This document shows, in pieces, positions 1-10,307 of a DNA stretch of 64,000 nucleotides. How positions within the stretch are numbered: the stretch's first letter is position 1; the number at the start of each line of letters is the position of its first letter. Source of the DNA: Candidatus Cloacimonadales bacterium. GTDB lineage: Bacteria > Cloacimonadota > Cloacimonadia > Cloacimonadales > DAONDQ01. The notes beneath the pieces were generated by a model, which had not been told where the DNA came from, searched no databases, and saw only the letters and a list, made by a program, of their open reading frames with translations. The position numbers and the translations under genes were made by a program. The stretch lies in assembly GCA_963662275.1 (NCBI GenBank), contig OY759316.1, positions 288,001-352,000 on the forward strand. Direction: 5' to 3'.

Positions 1-2290
1 ATTCATTGATTAAATTAAAGGCAGGTGAAGTACCAAAGTATATCTTATAACCAGTTGTTCCACCACCACCATTAGACCAGTTCAAAGCTGAAATCAGATG
101 TTTATCTTCATAACGGACTCGGACATTGCTCTGCTGATTTGTTGGAAATACTGTCACCGCAGGATTGGGTACAGTTCCTGATGCTTCCCAGCTAATATCC
201 TCCAAATAGATTGCATACCCTATACTACCACCTAATCCATGCTTGAAGGCAATATATTTGTTGGTCATCTCAGGTGTAAAAGTATAGTTGATTTGTTGGT
301 AATCCGCTGTCAGGTTAATCGTTTGCAGAGAAGTGAAGGTAGAAGCATCATAGGGGTCTGTAATTGTGCCCAGTAACAAATGATCAGTAGTTTGTCCCCA
401 ACTGCTTTTAGCATAAAAATGAAGACCATTGTTTGAAAGCTGAACCAGTCCCGGAGAAATAAGAATTAGGTCAGTATTTATTGTATCTGCTCCAGCATTA
501 TACATTTTTAGGAAGTTCAACCCGGAATGAGCATCGAAACTGGATGCACGTACTCCAACATAACTGACAGGACTTGAAGCGTTTATGATAGTCTTCCAGT
601 GAGTTGGCAATTCAAGTGATGCATCAAAATTCTCATAGAAGCTGGATAATGAAGTATAGGCTGCACCACTTAACTGTATCACGCTATTTCCTGTAAAATT
701 ACCGCCAAAGGTGATGGAACCAGTTGCATTACCAGGATTCGTGGGGATAAAATGAACATTCATGTTCACAGTCTGTCCGGCATTAATAGTTCCTGGATTA
801 TCTGCGCTAAAAGGACCTGATGGAGTGATTGTAGAAATGATAAGAGGACTGCTGCCCTGATTCGTGATACTGGCTGCTAGCGATAATGTTGAACCGATTG
901 CTGCCTCATTGAAGACAAGTGAAGTTGGATTAATAACGATGACTGCTTCTGTTGGAATTTGTTCAATTAAGACATCATCCAATAAAGCGCCATATGCAGC
1001 TGATGCTTGATCTGTTCTATCACGCCACCGGAATTTTACATTTTGTCCTGCATAACTGGTCAAGTTTACTTCTGCCTGGTGATAAGCATGTTCCAAACCC
1101 TGTGCTGATAAAAAAGTAAGAATTGACCATGTCTGACCGCTGTTGTTGGAAATTTCTACATACGTTGTATCATGACCAATTATCCTTTCACTCAAATCAT
1201 CCGAATCAGCCCACCAAAATTTGAGACGGGTTGGATTTGCGGGAAGTTGGAAGGTTGGTGTCATAAGGGTTGCATTTCCTAAATGAACATAGGAAACTTT
1301 TGCACAACTTGCACCGCTATGAGGATGAGTGGCTTGAGACCAGTAATTTTCTGCGTTGCTCCAACCAACAGGTGGAAATTGAGCACCTTCAAATCCCTGG
1401 GTATAGGGAAGTGAAGTGACGAAGTATTCAGTTGTAAAATGCCAAACAGTACCTTGTGTAGAACCCATAGCGTTTGTAGCAACTACTTTCCAGAAGTATT
1501 GTGTGCCTGCTGCCCAGGGAGTTGCCGGAGTATATGAATATGTACCGGGTCCAGGTACAGTATTGGTCGCTACTTCAGTCATATTGGCTTCAGATGTTCC
1601 CACCATTATATGGTAACCGGTCGTATTGGTTCCCAGAGTGAAGGAAAGTGATGAATTGATATTAACAGCCGTCGCGTTGGAGACAGGATTTGGTTCAGAA
1701 GGATTAACCGGGCTGTTTGTTGCATAATAAAATCTGAAATTGGGTAAAGCAACAGGATAAGGCGCAAAGCCCGTAGATGCTGGAAAAGATGCAGCACTTC
1801 CATTACATTTCACGCTTCCAACTGTACTGTCAGTGCTGTACCAGTTTGTGGTGTAGTTACCCATTCCTGATCGGTTTTCCCATTGTACAATAAGATTGCC
1901 GGTTCCAGAATAATTGAAGTCTGTGATATCGATGATTATCCAACCGCTTATCATGCTAATACTCCCATCATATACCAGAGTATAGTTACTGGTTAACGGG
2001 TCATCATAACCATATCCGACAAAACTTGATTGGGTTGTTTCCTTGAGATAGATCTTCTGATTTGTTAGAGTTTGGTCATTGGTATTGACTCTTTGGAAAG
2101 CAATCTGTGTGATATTCTTTGGTCCGCTGAAAGCAGCAGCAGGATAGATCTGTGCACCCCAGCTATATTCCCAAAGCAAATAAGAAGGTAAATTAGTACT
2201 GGTAGTGCCATTTCCGATCTCACCGTAAGTTTGTGCTGATAACAAGCCAACAACTAAGATGGCTAACAGAATTAATAAATATCGATTCAT
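1..2290 (-). CDS. Large secreted modular surface protein with FN3-like and cleaved-adhesin-like domains; 3' end runs off the window
   Basis: Absent from the ORF track because it has no stop in the window. Hand translation from ATG 2290 (RBS AAGGAG) gives signal peptide MNRYLLILLAILVVGLLSA. The frame was open at every point checked (KFWWADSDDLSERIIGHDTTYVEISNN near 1200; TTGYKIYFGTS near 50). Clearly similar to the 57994..63747 protein. Confidence 0.85.
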   Translation of the reverse strand, partial: MNRYLLILLAILVVGLLSAQTYGEIGNGTTSTNLPSYLLWEYSWGAQIYPAAAFSGPKNITQIAFQRVNTNDQTLTNQKIYLKETTQSSFVGYGYDDPLTSNYTLVYDGSISMISGWIIIDITDFNYSGTGNLIVQWENRSGMGNYTTNWYSTDSTVGSVKCNGSAASFPASTGFAPYPVALPNFRFYYATNSPVNPSEPNPVSNATAVNINSSLSFTLGTNTTGYHIMVGTSEANMTEVATNTVPGPGTYSYTPATPWAAGTQYFWKVVATNAMGSTQGTVWHFTTEYFVTSLPYTQGFEGAQFPPVGWSNAENYWSQATHPHSGASCAKVSYVHLGNATLMTPTFQLPANPTRLKFWWADSDDLSERIIGHDTTYVEISNNSGQTWSILTFLSAQGLEHAYHQAEVNLTSYAGQNVKFRWRDRTDQASAAYGALLDDVLIEQIPTEAVIVINPTSLVFNEAAIGSTLSLAASITNQGSSPLIISTITPSGPFSADNPGTINAGQTVNMNVHFIPTNPGNATGSITFGGNFTGNSVIQLSGAAYTSLSSFYENFDASLELPTHWKTIINASSPVSYVGVRASSFDAHSGLNFLKMYNAGADTINTDLILISPGLVQLSNNGLHFYAKSSWGQTTDHLLLGTITDPYDASTFTSLQTINLTADYQQINYTFTPEMTNKYIAFKHGLGGSIGYAIYLEDISWEASGTVPNPAVTVFPTNQQSNVRVRYEDKHLISALNWSNGGGGTTGYKIYFGTSPAFNLINE

Positions 2291-2699
2291 TTATGACTCC
2301 TTTGTTTAGGTTTGAGTTTTTAATCAAAGCTAAGGATTCATGTTTAACAAAGACAAAACGGATATGTTTAGCATGAATCATATTCTATATTAAAATAACT
2401 CATTCATTTTTATAACATCATTTAAATTGTCAAGTTCAATATTGAACAGTTCTTCATTTATGAATCTTGTTACATTTATGAATCATTGTAAGTTACTCAT
2501 ATGCTGATGTGATAAATATATAAAGGATGATAATACAAAATTTATTACTAGTATTAATCGAAAATATTCTTTGACAAATATCCCTTCAATTTCTCTTAGC
2601 TTTCTTAGATCTAGATGTAAAACTTTATTTCTTAGATTTACCTCGTTTCTTAAAATACTTATAAATGAGTTTTGACAAAGTTGAGACAAGGAGTATAGA

Positions 2700-3305
2700 A
2701 TGATACTTTCCAAAAGCTTTAAACCTGTAGTAAAAATAGATAAAAGGAAAGTAATTATCGAAGCATCGATACAGTGCTTTGCTGAAAAAGGTTACAATAA
2801 TACGAGCGTTGCTGAAGTTGCCAATCTTGCTAATGTAGCCATTGGAACAGTATATCTTTATTTTGAAAATAAAGATGAATTGTTGCTGCATTCCATGCAG
2901 GAAATGATGAAAGAGATCATCCAAGTACTGCAAAAGAAAATTGCTAAAGAAACAAGAGCAGTTGATCAACTGATGATATTTTTTATACAATACATCGAGA
3001 TCTTCAAACAACGCCAGGATTTAGCTCGTTTCATGGTTCTTGAATTACGGCAAAGCAAAGAGTTTCATACTCGATATCCCGACTATAATCCCTACTCCGA
3101 ATTTCTGGAATTTGTCCAATCCCTAATCAAACAATCTATCGCTGATGGTACGACCTTACCCTACGATCCAGTATCTCTCTCTTATTTGATCATCGGTGTT
3201 ATCGATATGATCCTGACACAATGGGTCATTGATCCGGAAAATGTGAATATCGAAAAATTAACCAAGGAAGTAAGAGTAATTTTAGATAAAAGCTTCGGAA
3301 CATGA
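2700..3305 (+). CDS. TetR/AcrR family transcriptional regulator, FadR(YsiA)-like
   Basis: N-terminal HTH (FAEKGYNNTSVAEVANLANVAIGTVYLYFENKDELL); C-domain LELRQS resembles Bacillus FadR/YsiA. Confidence 0.9.
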   Translation: MILSKSFKPVVKIDKRKVIIEASIQCFAEKGYNNTSVAEVANLANVAIGTVYLYFENKDELLLHSMQEMMKEIIQVLQKKIAKETRAVDQLMIFFIQYIEIFKQRQDLARFMVLELRQSKEFHTRYPDYNPYSEFLEFVQSLIKQSIADGTTLPYDPVSLSYLIIGVIDMILTQWVIDPENVNIEKLTKEVRVILDKSFGT

Positions 3306-3568
3306 CCCGCAGGAGTTTATAGATTGTCGTGTAGAATAGAGGAAGAGAAGAGAGAATTAACTCATTCACTAAACAACTATGTGACATAATATAGAACTTC
3401 ACAATGATATTGGATTGATAGGTAGACTTGTTAAAATGTGAACTTGGCTTTTATTCAACCAATCTTTCAACTCCCATATCCTTTTTCCTTGACGCAGTCA
3501 ATCATAGCTAATAATAGGCAATAATATTCTCTTCTGAATCCTATGTCTCAAAGTATTGGAGGTTGCGA

Positions 3569-5158
3569 ATGCTGAAACTTGCCATCGAACCCAAAAAAAT
3601 AGAGAAAGCCCGAAATTATGCCCACGCCATCACAAAATCCTGTGAATGGCTTTTTAACAGTTACAGTTCTGTTACTATTGAACGCACTGTCATCAGATTG
3701 ATGGGGATAGACGGTGCTAATTCTGATAGCGAACCGCTTCCCAATATCGTGATCGATCATCTTCTGCATAAGAATGTCCTGGATAGAGGAGCTGCTTTTT
3801 GGGTTGCTAATGCCATGGTTGCCTATAATATATCCGCTCAGACAGTTGCTGAAAGAGTGGCTGATGGTCAACTTGATTTAGCAGAGATAAAAGCACAATC
3901 TTCGAAATCAGTGCTTCGCATTCTACAGCAGAATGCCGATAAGATGTTGATTCATATCCAGTCACAGAAAACCTTCAGGGAAGAAGCATTCAAACGTTTC
4001 GGTCCTCGAAGGAAACCTGCATTATATGTAATCGTGGCAACAGGAAATATCTATGAAGATGTTTTACAGGCAAAAGCTGCTGCCCGTGAAGGTGCGGATA
4101 TCATTGCCGTGATTCGTTCAACGGCTCAATCTTTACTAGATTATGTTCCCTTTGGTGCGACAACGGAAGGTTTTGGTGGGACTTTCGCTACACAGGAGAA
4201 TTTCCGAATCATGCGTAAAGCCCTGGATGAAGTGAGTGAGGAATTGGATCGCTACATTTCACTAACAAATTATGCTTCCGGTCTCTGTATGCCCGAAATC
4301 GCTGCCATGGGTGCTATAGAACGACTTGATGTCATGCTCAATGATGCTATGTATGGTATTCTTTTCCGGGATATTAATCCTCGAAGAACCTTATTAGATC
4401 AGTATTTTTCCCGCTTGATCAATGCTTATGCCGGGATTGAAATTCAGACTGGTGAAGATAATTATCTGACAACATCGGATGCGATAGAAAAAGCTTATAC
4501 TGTAACAGCATCCCAACTTATTAATGAACAGTTTGCCCTAATGTCGGGTATTAAACCCGATAAGATGGGATTAGGACATGCCTTTGAAGTCAATCCTGAT
4601 ATCGAAAACTGTGTCCTTTATGAATTGGCACATGCCATGCTGACTAAGACGATCTTTCCCCAAGCACCGGTGAAATATATGCCTCCAACCAAATTTGCTT
4701 CAGGTAATATCTTTAAAACCTACCTCATGAACGGAATGTTCAATTTTGTTGGTCAATTGACCGACCAGGGTGTTCAATTATTGGGTATGCTGACGGAGGC
4801 TGTTCATACACCTCATCTTAGCGACAGGTCACTTGCTATCGAAAATGCAAAATATATATTTAATGCAATTCAAAACTTGTCAAATGAGCTTAGTTTTGAT
4901 CCAAAAGGGTTTGTGAATCAACGGGCAAACAACGTTTTAAATGAAGCAACAGCTTTCCTGGCAAAGGTCTCTGAAATGGGACTTTTTAATGCGATGGCAC
5001 ACGGGGAATTTGCGAATATTAAACGTTCCGAAACAGGCGGTAAAGGACTTGATGGAGTCTTCCTCAAATCTTCTGACTATGTGAATCCTTTCATGGATCG
5101 GATGAGACAGGAATTGGAATTGAATCCTGACAATGTCCTAACAGGAGAAAAGAAATGA
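3569..5158 (+). CDS. kamD: D-lysine/beta-lysine 5,6-aminomutase alpha subunit
   Basis: Motifs YVIVATGNIYEDV, AVIRSTAQSLLDYVP, GEDNYLTT, KYMPPTK. RBS GGAGG 3558-3562 favours ATG 3569. Confidence 0.95.
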   Translation: MLKLAIEPKKIEKARNYAHAITKSCEWLFNSYSSVTIERTVIRLMGIDGANSDSEPLPNIVIDHLLHKNVLDRGAAFWVANAMVAYNISAQTVAERVADGQLDLAEIKAQSSKSVLRILQQNADKMLIHIQSQKTFREEAFKRFGPRRKPALYVIVATGNIYEDVLQAKAAAREGADIIAVIRSTAQSLLDYVPFGATTEGFGGTFATQENFRIMRKALDEVSEELDRYISLTNYASGLCMPEIAAMGAIERLDVMLNDAMYGILFRDINPRRTLLDQYFSRLINAYAGIEIQTGEDNYLTTSDAIEKAYTVTASQLINEQFALMSGIKPDKMGLGHAFEVNPDIENCVLYELAHAMLTKTIFPQAPVKYMPPTKFASGNIFKTYLMNGMFNFVGQLTDQGVQLLGMLTEAVHTPHLSDRSLAIENAKYIFNAIQNLSNELSFDPKGFVNQRANNVLNEATAFLAKVSEMGLFNAMAHGEFANIKRSETGGKGLDGVFLKSSDYVNPFMDRMRQELELNPDNVLTGEKK

Positions 5159-5934
5159 CAGTAAAATTTGATCCCACCCGTGTTGGACCTTATGGTGATA
5201 CCCTTAATGACGGACGTATCCAGCTTTCATTTGCCATGCCTGTTCCTCCTGATGCCAGAGGAAAGGAAGCAGCAAAGCAATTGCTGAAACAAATGGGACT
5301 GGAAGATATAGAGATATGTGGTATCCGTGATTTGACGGAAGGTTTTACACATTTTATTGCTTATGCAACTACTTCAGTATGCGTGAATTTAAATAAGATT
5401 GAAGTCAAAGTTGTGGATACTCCAGTCATGGATATGGATGAAATTGATGATTATATCAGCCAATTGATTGGACGCCCCCTGGTTGTGATTGGCGCTTGCA
5501 TTGAAAGTGATGCTCATACGGTGGGAATTGACGCAATTATGAATATGAAAGGGTATAACCATCGATTTGGACTGGAAAGATATAAGAATTTCAGAGCTAT
5601 TAACATGGGAGCACAGGTTGCATGCGAAGATTTACTAAAACATGCTCGAGAGGAAAAAGCAGATGCCATTCTAGTGTCGCAAGTTGTTACGCAAAAGAAT
5701 ATTCATATCCAGAACCTGACGAAACTCATTGAACTTGCAGAGGCAGAAGGTCTACGAAATAAAATACTCTTTATCTGCGGAGGACCAAGACTGTCCCATG
5801 AATTGGCAATAGAATTGGGTTATGATGCCGGTTATGGAAGTGGGACTTATGCCAATGATGTTGCTTCTTTCATTGCGATTACCCTGGCAGAAAGGAAACG
5901 CCAGGAATCCATTCAAAAGAATAAAGAGAAATAA
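5155..5934 (+). CDS. kamE: Lysine 5,6-aminomutase beta subunit (B12-binding)
   Basis: PYGDTLNDG N-domain, DAHTVG (DxHxxG cobalamin motif), MNMKG PLP lysine; ATGA overlap with kamD. Confidence 0.95.
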   Translation: MTVKFDPTRVGPYGDTLNDGRIQLSFAMPVPPDARGKEAAKQLLKQMGLEDIEICGIRDLTEGFTHFIAYATTSVCVNLNKIEVKVVDTPVMDMDEIDDYISQLIGRPLVVIGACIESDAHTVGIDAIMNMKGYNHRFGLERYKNFRAINMGAQVACEDLLKHAREEKADAILVSQVVTQKNIHIQNLTKLIELAEAEGLRNKILFICGGPRLSHELAIELGYDAGYGSGTYANDVASFIAITLAERKRQESIQKNKEK

Positions 5935-5995
5935 AGTTTTGACATTCAGGTCAAATTACAATAATTTATGAAGAAAAGAAACTCTGGAGGTATGT

Positions 5996-6478
5996 ATGCA
6001 ACAGTTTTCACTGAATGAAGTCGTAGAATTAGCCGTACAAATTGAAAGAAATGGTTACGCCTTTTATAATGAAGCCTTAAAGCGTAAAGATTTGACACCT
6101 GATGCACATGCTCTTTTGACAGAACTACGTGACCAGGAATTGAATCATGAAAAGATATTCAGTCATCTTCGGGATGAACAGGATATGACCATTCTGGAAC
6201 AATCTCCAGATTGGGAACTGGTGGGCTACTATATGAAAGCCATGGTCGATTCCAGGATATATAACTCACCGGAAGCAGCCATCAGACACGTGAATGCTGC
6301 GAAAGGATTCATCGATATCCTCCTTTATGCCATCGCTTTTGAAAAAGACACACTCCTGTTTTTCTACACAATTTATGATAATATCACTATCGATAAATCA
6401 CGCAAGATCATTCATGAAATCATCAACGAAGAGATCAGCCATGTTGTAAGACTGACTGAATATCATGCTAAAGGATAA
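5996..6478 (+). CDS. Ferritin-like/rubrerythrin-family diiron protein without rubredoxin domain
   Basis: Two E...ExxH units (IERNG...DQELNH; FEKD...EEISH); RBS GGAGG. Confidence 0.85.
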   Translation: MQQFSLNEVVELAVQIERNGYAFYNEALKRKDLTPDAHALLTELRDQELNHEKIFSHLRDEQDMTILEQSPDWELVGYYMKAMVDSRIYNSPEAAIRHVNAAKGFIDILLYAIAFEKDTLLFFYTIYDNITIDKSRKIIHEIINEEISHVVRLTEYHAKG

Positions 6479-6642
6479 ATAAAGATTCACAATTATTAGA
6501 TGCTATAATGTAATAGCCAAAGTGACAATAACAAAGCCATATCACAGCGAAGTTTGGACTTGTATGTGACAGCAATTTGTCAAAGTTGGGCTATATATAG
6601 ATTATCTTTGGAACTCTTTGTGTTACCGTGAAATTGAGTAAA

Positions 6643-8760
6643 TTACTTAATCATGATCATCTTTATTGTTTCTGATTTTCCTTCGGAAAGCAACCTACAC
6701 AGATATAAGCCTGAAGATACTCTTTTACCATTATTATCTTTACAATCCCATTGAATAGAGTATTTTCCTTGGGGAGTGAAAGTATTTACAAGCTTTTTGA
6801 TAAGTTGTCCTTTGATATTGTAAATGCTCATTTCTACGAATCTATTTTTGTCTGCAGAATATGATATCGATGTGAAGGCATTGAAAGGGTTGGGATAATT
6901 TCCGCACAATATTTGAGAACCAACTTCTGCTACAGGATCGTTATCGGGTAGGGGTATTAAATTCAAAATACTGATCCCATTGTCCTCATGAGTTGTATAC
7001 AATAAGTTGTTACTTACAAAGAAACTTGAAGTAAACAGGTTCCAAGAGAATTCATTTATCATAGCAGGCTGCAAGGGATTGTCAATGTTATAGATAGAAA
7101 ACTCATTACAATCATAATAACTAGCAAATAAATAGCTGCCATGAACATAACATTTACCAGCAATTCTATAACCGTTATTCGGATAGTTTGTTATTAAAGT
7201 TGGATTGGATGAATCTGATACATTTATTAATGCCAAACCCAATTCATAATGAGTAACATATGCTACATTGCCTGCTAAGACGAGATCATAACAATACGCT
7301 CCTGTAAAATAATATGAACCAAGCATTTGTGGATTTGTAGGAGAACTGACATCAATCAGTCTCAAACCAGTTTCATCAATTACATACGCTATGTTGTTAG
7401 CAACAACCATGTGAGAACAGTAACCAGATAAATTTGTATAACTTACTTCTTGCGGGGATTGTGGATCGGAAATATCAAGTATATAAAGTCCTCTAAATGC
7501 AATTGAAACATATGCTAGAGAATCATTGATCACGATTGACATTATTGAAAATGGAGTACTATATGTTCCTAATAATACCGGGTTACTGGGATCAGCAATG
7601 TCTAATATATCTAATCCATTTGATGTGGCTACATATGCTGTAGTGCCTGATATAGCTGCCGCATATCCGTTTGAGGTATCATAGGTCGATGACAATTGAG
7701 GATTTTGAGGATTTGATACATTGAGTATAATAAATGTATATATGTCAACGATATAAGCATAATCTCCAACGACTGAAATTGATCGTGCATAGGCTGGTGT
7801 ATCATAAGAGCCAATCAGATACTCATTATTAAGGTTCGATACACTTACGATGTCCAAACCATTCAAATCAGCAATATAAACTATATTGTTGGAATAAGCT
7901 AGAAAGTTTGTATAGATGCAACCCGTATCATAGGATGCTACAAGCTGCGGATTCTGCTGGTTTGAGACGTTTACAACTTGAAGTCCAGATTGATTACAAG
8001 TCAGATAAGCAAAGTCTCCATAAACAGCTATCCCTATACATTGTTCTTGAACTGCACATGAGCCAATTATTTGCGGATTTGAAGGATTTGAAATATTAAT
8101 TATCTTTAATTCAAAATAATTAGCTACATATGCATAATTACCAACTACAGAGAGTCCTATAGCTTGATATCCTGTTTCACAAGTTCCCATTAGTTGTGGA
8201 TTCAGTGAGTTTGAAACATCAATTACGTAAAAACTATAACCTGATGTCAAATAGGCAATTCCATCGATTACACTTACGAAACAAGCCCAATTGGATGTAT
8301 CATAAGAACTCAGGAATAAGGGATTGGAAGGGTTGGTAACATCTATAATCTGTAAACCGGCTATGTCATCAACTGCATATGCAGTATTGCCTACTACTGT
8401 TACAGTAACACAAGAATTCGGTGTGTGAAATGTGCTAAGCAGAATTGGACTTTGAGGATCTGATACATCAATTATTTGTAGCCCGGTAGTATCATCTGCA
8501 ACGTAAGCAATATTGTTATGTACAGTAACATACATGGCATTTCCCGGAGTGTCAAAAGAGCTGATTATTGTAGGATTTTCTGAATCTGCAATATTCGCTA
8601 TCTGTAATCCTGCTGATTGGTCTGCAATATAAGCAAGATTGTTACTTATGCAAACACTATATGCTTCTGTTGGTAATTGTAATAAACTTAGCCTATGAAT
8701 TACAGCATGAACCGGCATTAGGCAAACAATAAAAAACAAAGTTATTAATAATCGTTTCAC
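6643..8760 (-). CDS. Secreted LVIVD-repeat beta-propeller protein with FlgD/T9SS-type C-terminal domain
   Basis: Many ~42-aa repeats (AYVAD...GLQIIDVSxPxxP.LL.SYDT) and C-terminal NYPNPFN...IYNIKGQ...SSGLY...KMIMIK. Start moved to GTG 8760 (RBS GGAGG, signal peptide). Confidence 0.9.
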   Translation of the reverse strand: MKRLLITLFFIVCLMPVHAVIHRLSLLQLPTEAYSVCISNNLAYIADQSAGLQIANIADSENPTIISSFDTPGNAMYVTVHNNIAYVADDTTGLQIIDVSDPQSPILLSTFHTPNSCVTVTVVGNTAYAVDDIAGLQIIDVTNPSNPLFLSSYDTSNWACFVSVIDGIAYLTSGYSFYVIDVSNSLNPQLMGTCETGYQAIGLSVVGNYAYVANYFELKIINISNPSNPQIIGSCAVQEQCIGIAVYGDFAYLTCNQSGLQVVNVSNQQNPQLVASYDTGCIYTNFLAYSNNIVYIADLNGLDIVSVSNLNNEYLIGSYDTPAYARSISVVGDYAYIVDIYTFIILNVSNPQNPQLSSTYDTSNGYAAAISGTTAYVATSNGLDILDIADPSNPVLLGTYSTPFSIMSIVINDSLAYVSIAFRGLYILDISDPQSPQEVSYTNLSGYCSHMVVANNIAYVIDETGLRLIDVSSPTNPQMLGSYYFTGAYCYDLVLAGNVAYVTHYELGLALINVSDSSNPTLITNYPNNGYRIAGKCYVHGSYLFASYYDCNEFSIYNIDNPLQPAMINEFSWNLFTSSFFVSNNLLYTTHEDNGISILNLIPLPDNDPVAEVGSQILCGNYPNPFNAFTSISYSADKNRFVEMSIYNIKGQLIKKLVNTFTPQGKYSIQWDCKDNNGKRVSSGLYLCRLLSEGKSETIKMIMIK

Positions 8761-8966
8761 GGTTAGCCTCCAATATAAGTAAATATCATTTAGATTCTTA
8801 TATAACCTATCTAAATGAGTCAAGTAATAAAATCTTTATAACCATTTAATATGAGTGATTTTAAAATAATTGCATGTATAAACTTTAGCAAAACTACTTT
8901 GCCTGTTAACTACCCATACCAAACAAGCTGAAACTAATCTAGCTTATTAATAATCTATATCAGGTT

Positions 8967-10307
8967 TTAAATTTCTTCCTGGAACTTCTGCCATTGATAA
9001 TTGAATGTACGGTATGATATGCCAAGCAGCTTTGCTGCCATAGCTTTATTTCCATTAGCCTGGTTCATCGCTTTAACGAAGTATTTCTTTTCAATAACCG
9101 ATAATTCCGTTTCTAATGAAAAACCATCAAAGATATTTATCTCTTCTGCTTTCCTGACTTTTGTATTCAAGGAAAGATGCTCTGGTAATATTAAATCATT
9201 GGCTAAAATAGCAGCACGCTGCATTTCATTCCTTAATTCCCGGATATTACCGTACCAGGGATAGTCAATCAATGAATGCATTGCTTCTTCTGAAATCCTG
9301 GCAGTTGAGTACTTTTTTAGAAAGTAATAGGATAGCAAAGGAATATCATCTTTCCTGAGCGACAAAGGCGGTAAATCCAAAGTGAAGATATTCAGACGAT
9401 AATACAGGTCTTCCCTGAATCTCTTATCTTCAACCATCTCCGGTATGTTCTTATTCGTGGCTGCGATCACTCTCACATTCACCATTGTTGGTTTGCTTTC
9501 TCCAATAGGTATGATTTCTCCGCTTTCCAATGCTCTCAATAGCTTAGGTTGAAACTCAAGAGGTAAATCTCCGATTTCATCTAAGAAGAGCGTTCCTCCA
9601 TTGGCTTCCCAAAACTTCCCTTTCCTGGTTTGATATGCACCTGTAAAAGTACCTTTCAAATGACCAAAGAACTCGCTTTCAAATAGACTTGGTGATATGG
9701 CAGAACAGTTTACCGGTACAAATGGCTTGTCTCTTCTGTTTGAAATCTTGTGAATAGCTCTTACTAACAGTTCTTTCCCTGTTCCACTTTCCCCTGTTAC
9801 CAGCACATTGGCATCTGATAAAGACACCTTCTCAGCCATCTTCAATGTTTGTTTCAGCCTGCTGTTCTGACCGATAATCTCTCGGAATGGTTCATCAATT
9901 CTCACCTGGCTTTCCAGGGACTTCACTTTGTCAGATAATTGCTTGATTTGGTAGGCTCCGTTCACGATATTGATCAGGTCATTGTTATCGAAAGGCTTGG
10001 TTAAAAAGTGATAACCACCGTATTTGATGGATTCAACTGCCAAGGTATAGGTAGCATGTGCAGTAATAAAAACAAACTGGATATCGGGATACTTCGCTTT
10101 AATGACCTTCATGGTCTCGATACCGGTGATACCTGGTAAATTGATATCCGCTATAATCACGTCAAATTCTTGTCTGTCACATATTTCTATGGCATTCTCA
10201 CCGCTCAGGGATGTCTCAACTTCATATCCTTCTTTTTTGAGTAAGATGGATATAATATTCCTGATATTAGGTTCATCATCTATGATTAATAACTTTGGCA
10301 TACTCAC
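8967..10307 (-). CDS. Sigma54-dependent NtrC-family response regulator (REC-AAA+-Fis HTH)
   Basis: IIDDE receiver, GESGTGKE, GTFTGA (GAFTGA variant), LFLDEIG, FREDLYYRLN, C-terminal HTH. Confidence 0.95.
   Translation of the reverse strand: MSMPKLLIIDDEPNIRNIISILLKKEGYEVETSLSGENAIEICDRQEFDVIIADINLPGITGIETMKVIKAKYPDIQFVFITAHATYTLAVESIKYGGYHFLTKPFDNNDLINIVNGAYQIKQLSDKVKSLESQVRIDEPFREIIGQNSRLKQTLKMAEKVSLSDANVLVTGESGTGKELLVRAIHKISNRRDKPFVPVNCSAISPSLFESEFFGHLKGTFTGAYQTRKGKFWEANGGTLFLDEIGDLPLEFQPKLLRALESGEIIPIGESKPTMVNVRVIAATNKNIPEMVEDKRFREDLYYRLNIFTLDLPPLSLRKDDIPLLSYYFLKKYSTARISEEAMHSLIDYPWYGNIRELRNEMQRAAILANDLILPEHLSLNTKVRKAEEINIFDGFSLETELSVIEKKYFVKAMNQANGNKAMAAKLLGISYRTFNYQWQKFQEEI

Noticed and set aside
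3306..3568. Cobalamin or lysine riboswitch upstream of kamD
   Set aside because: No B12 box or lysine-riboswitch core recognisable by eye; an Rfam scan would settle it.
8886..8906. Sigma54 promoter upstream of the LVIVD gene
   Set aside because: GG-to-GC spacing is 12 nt, not 10.
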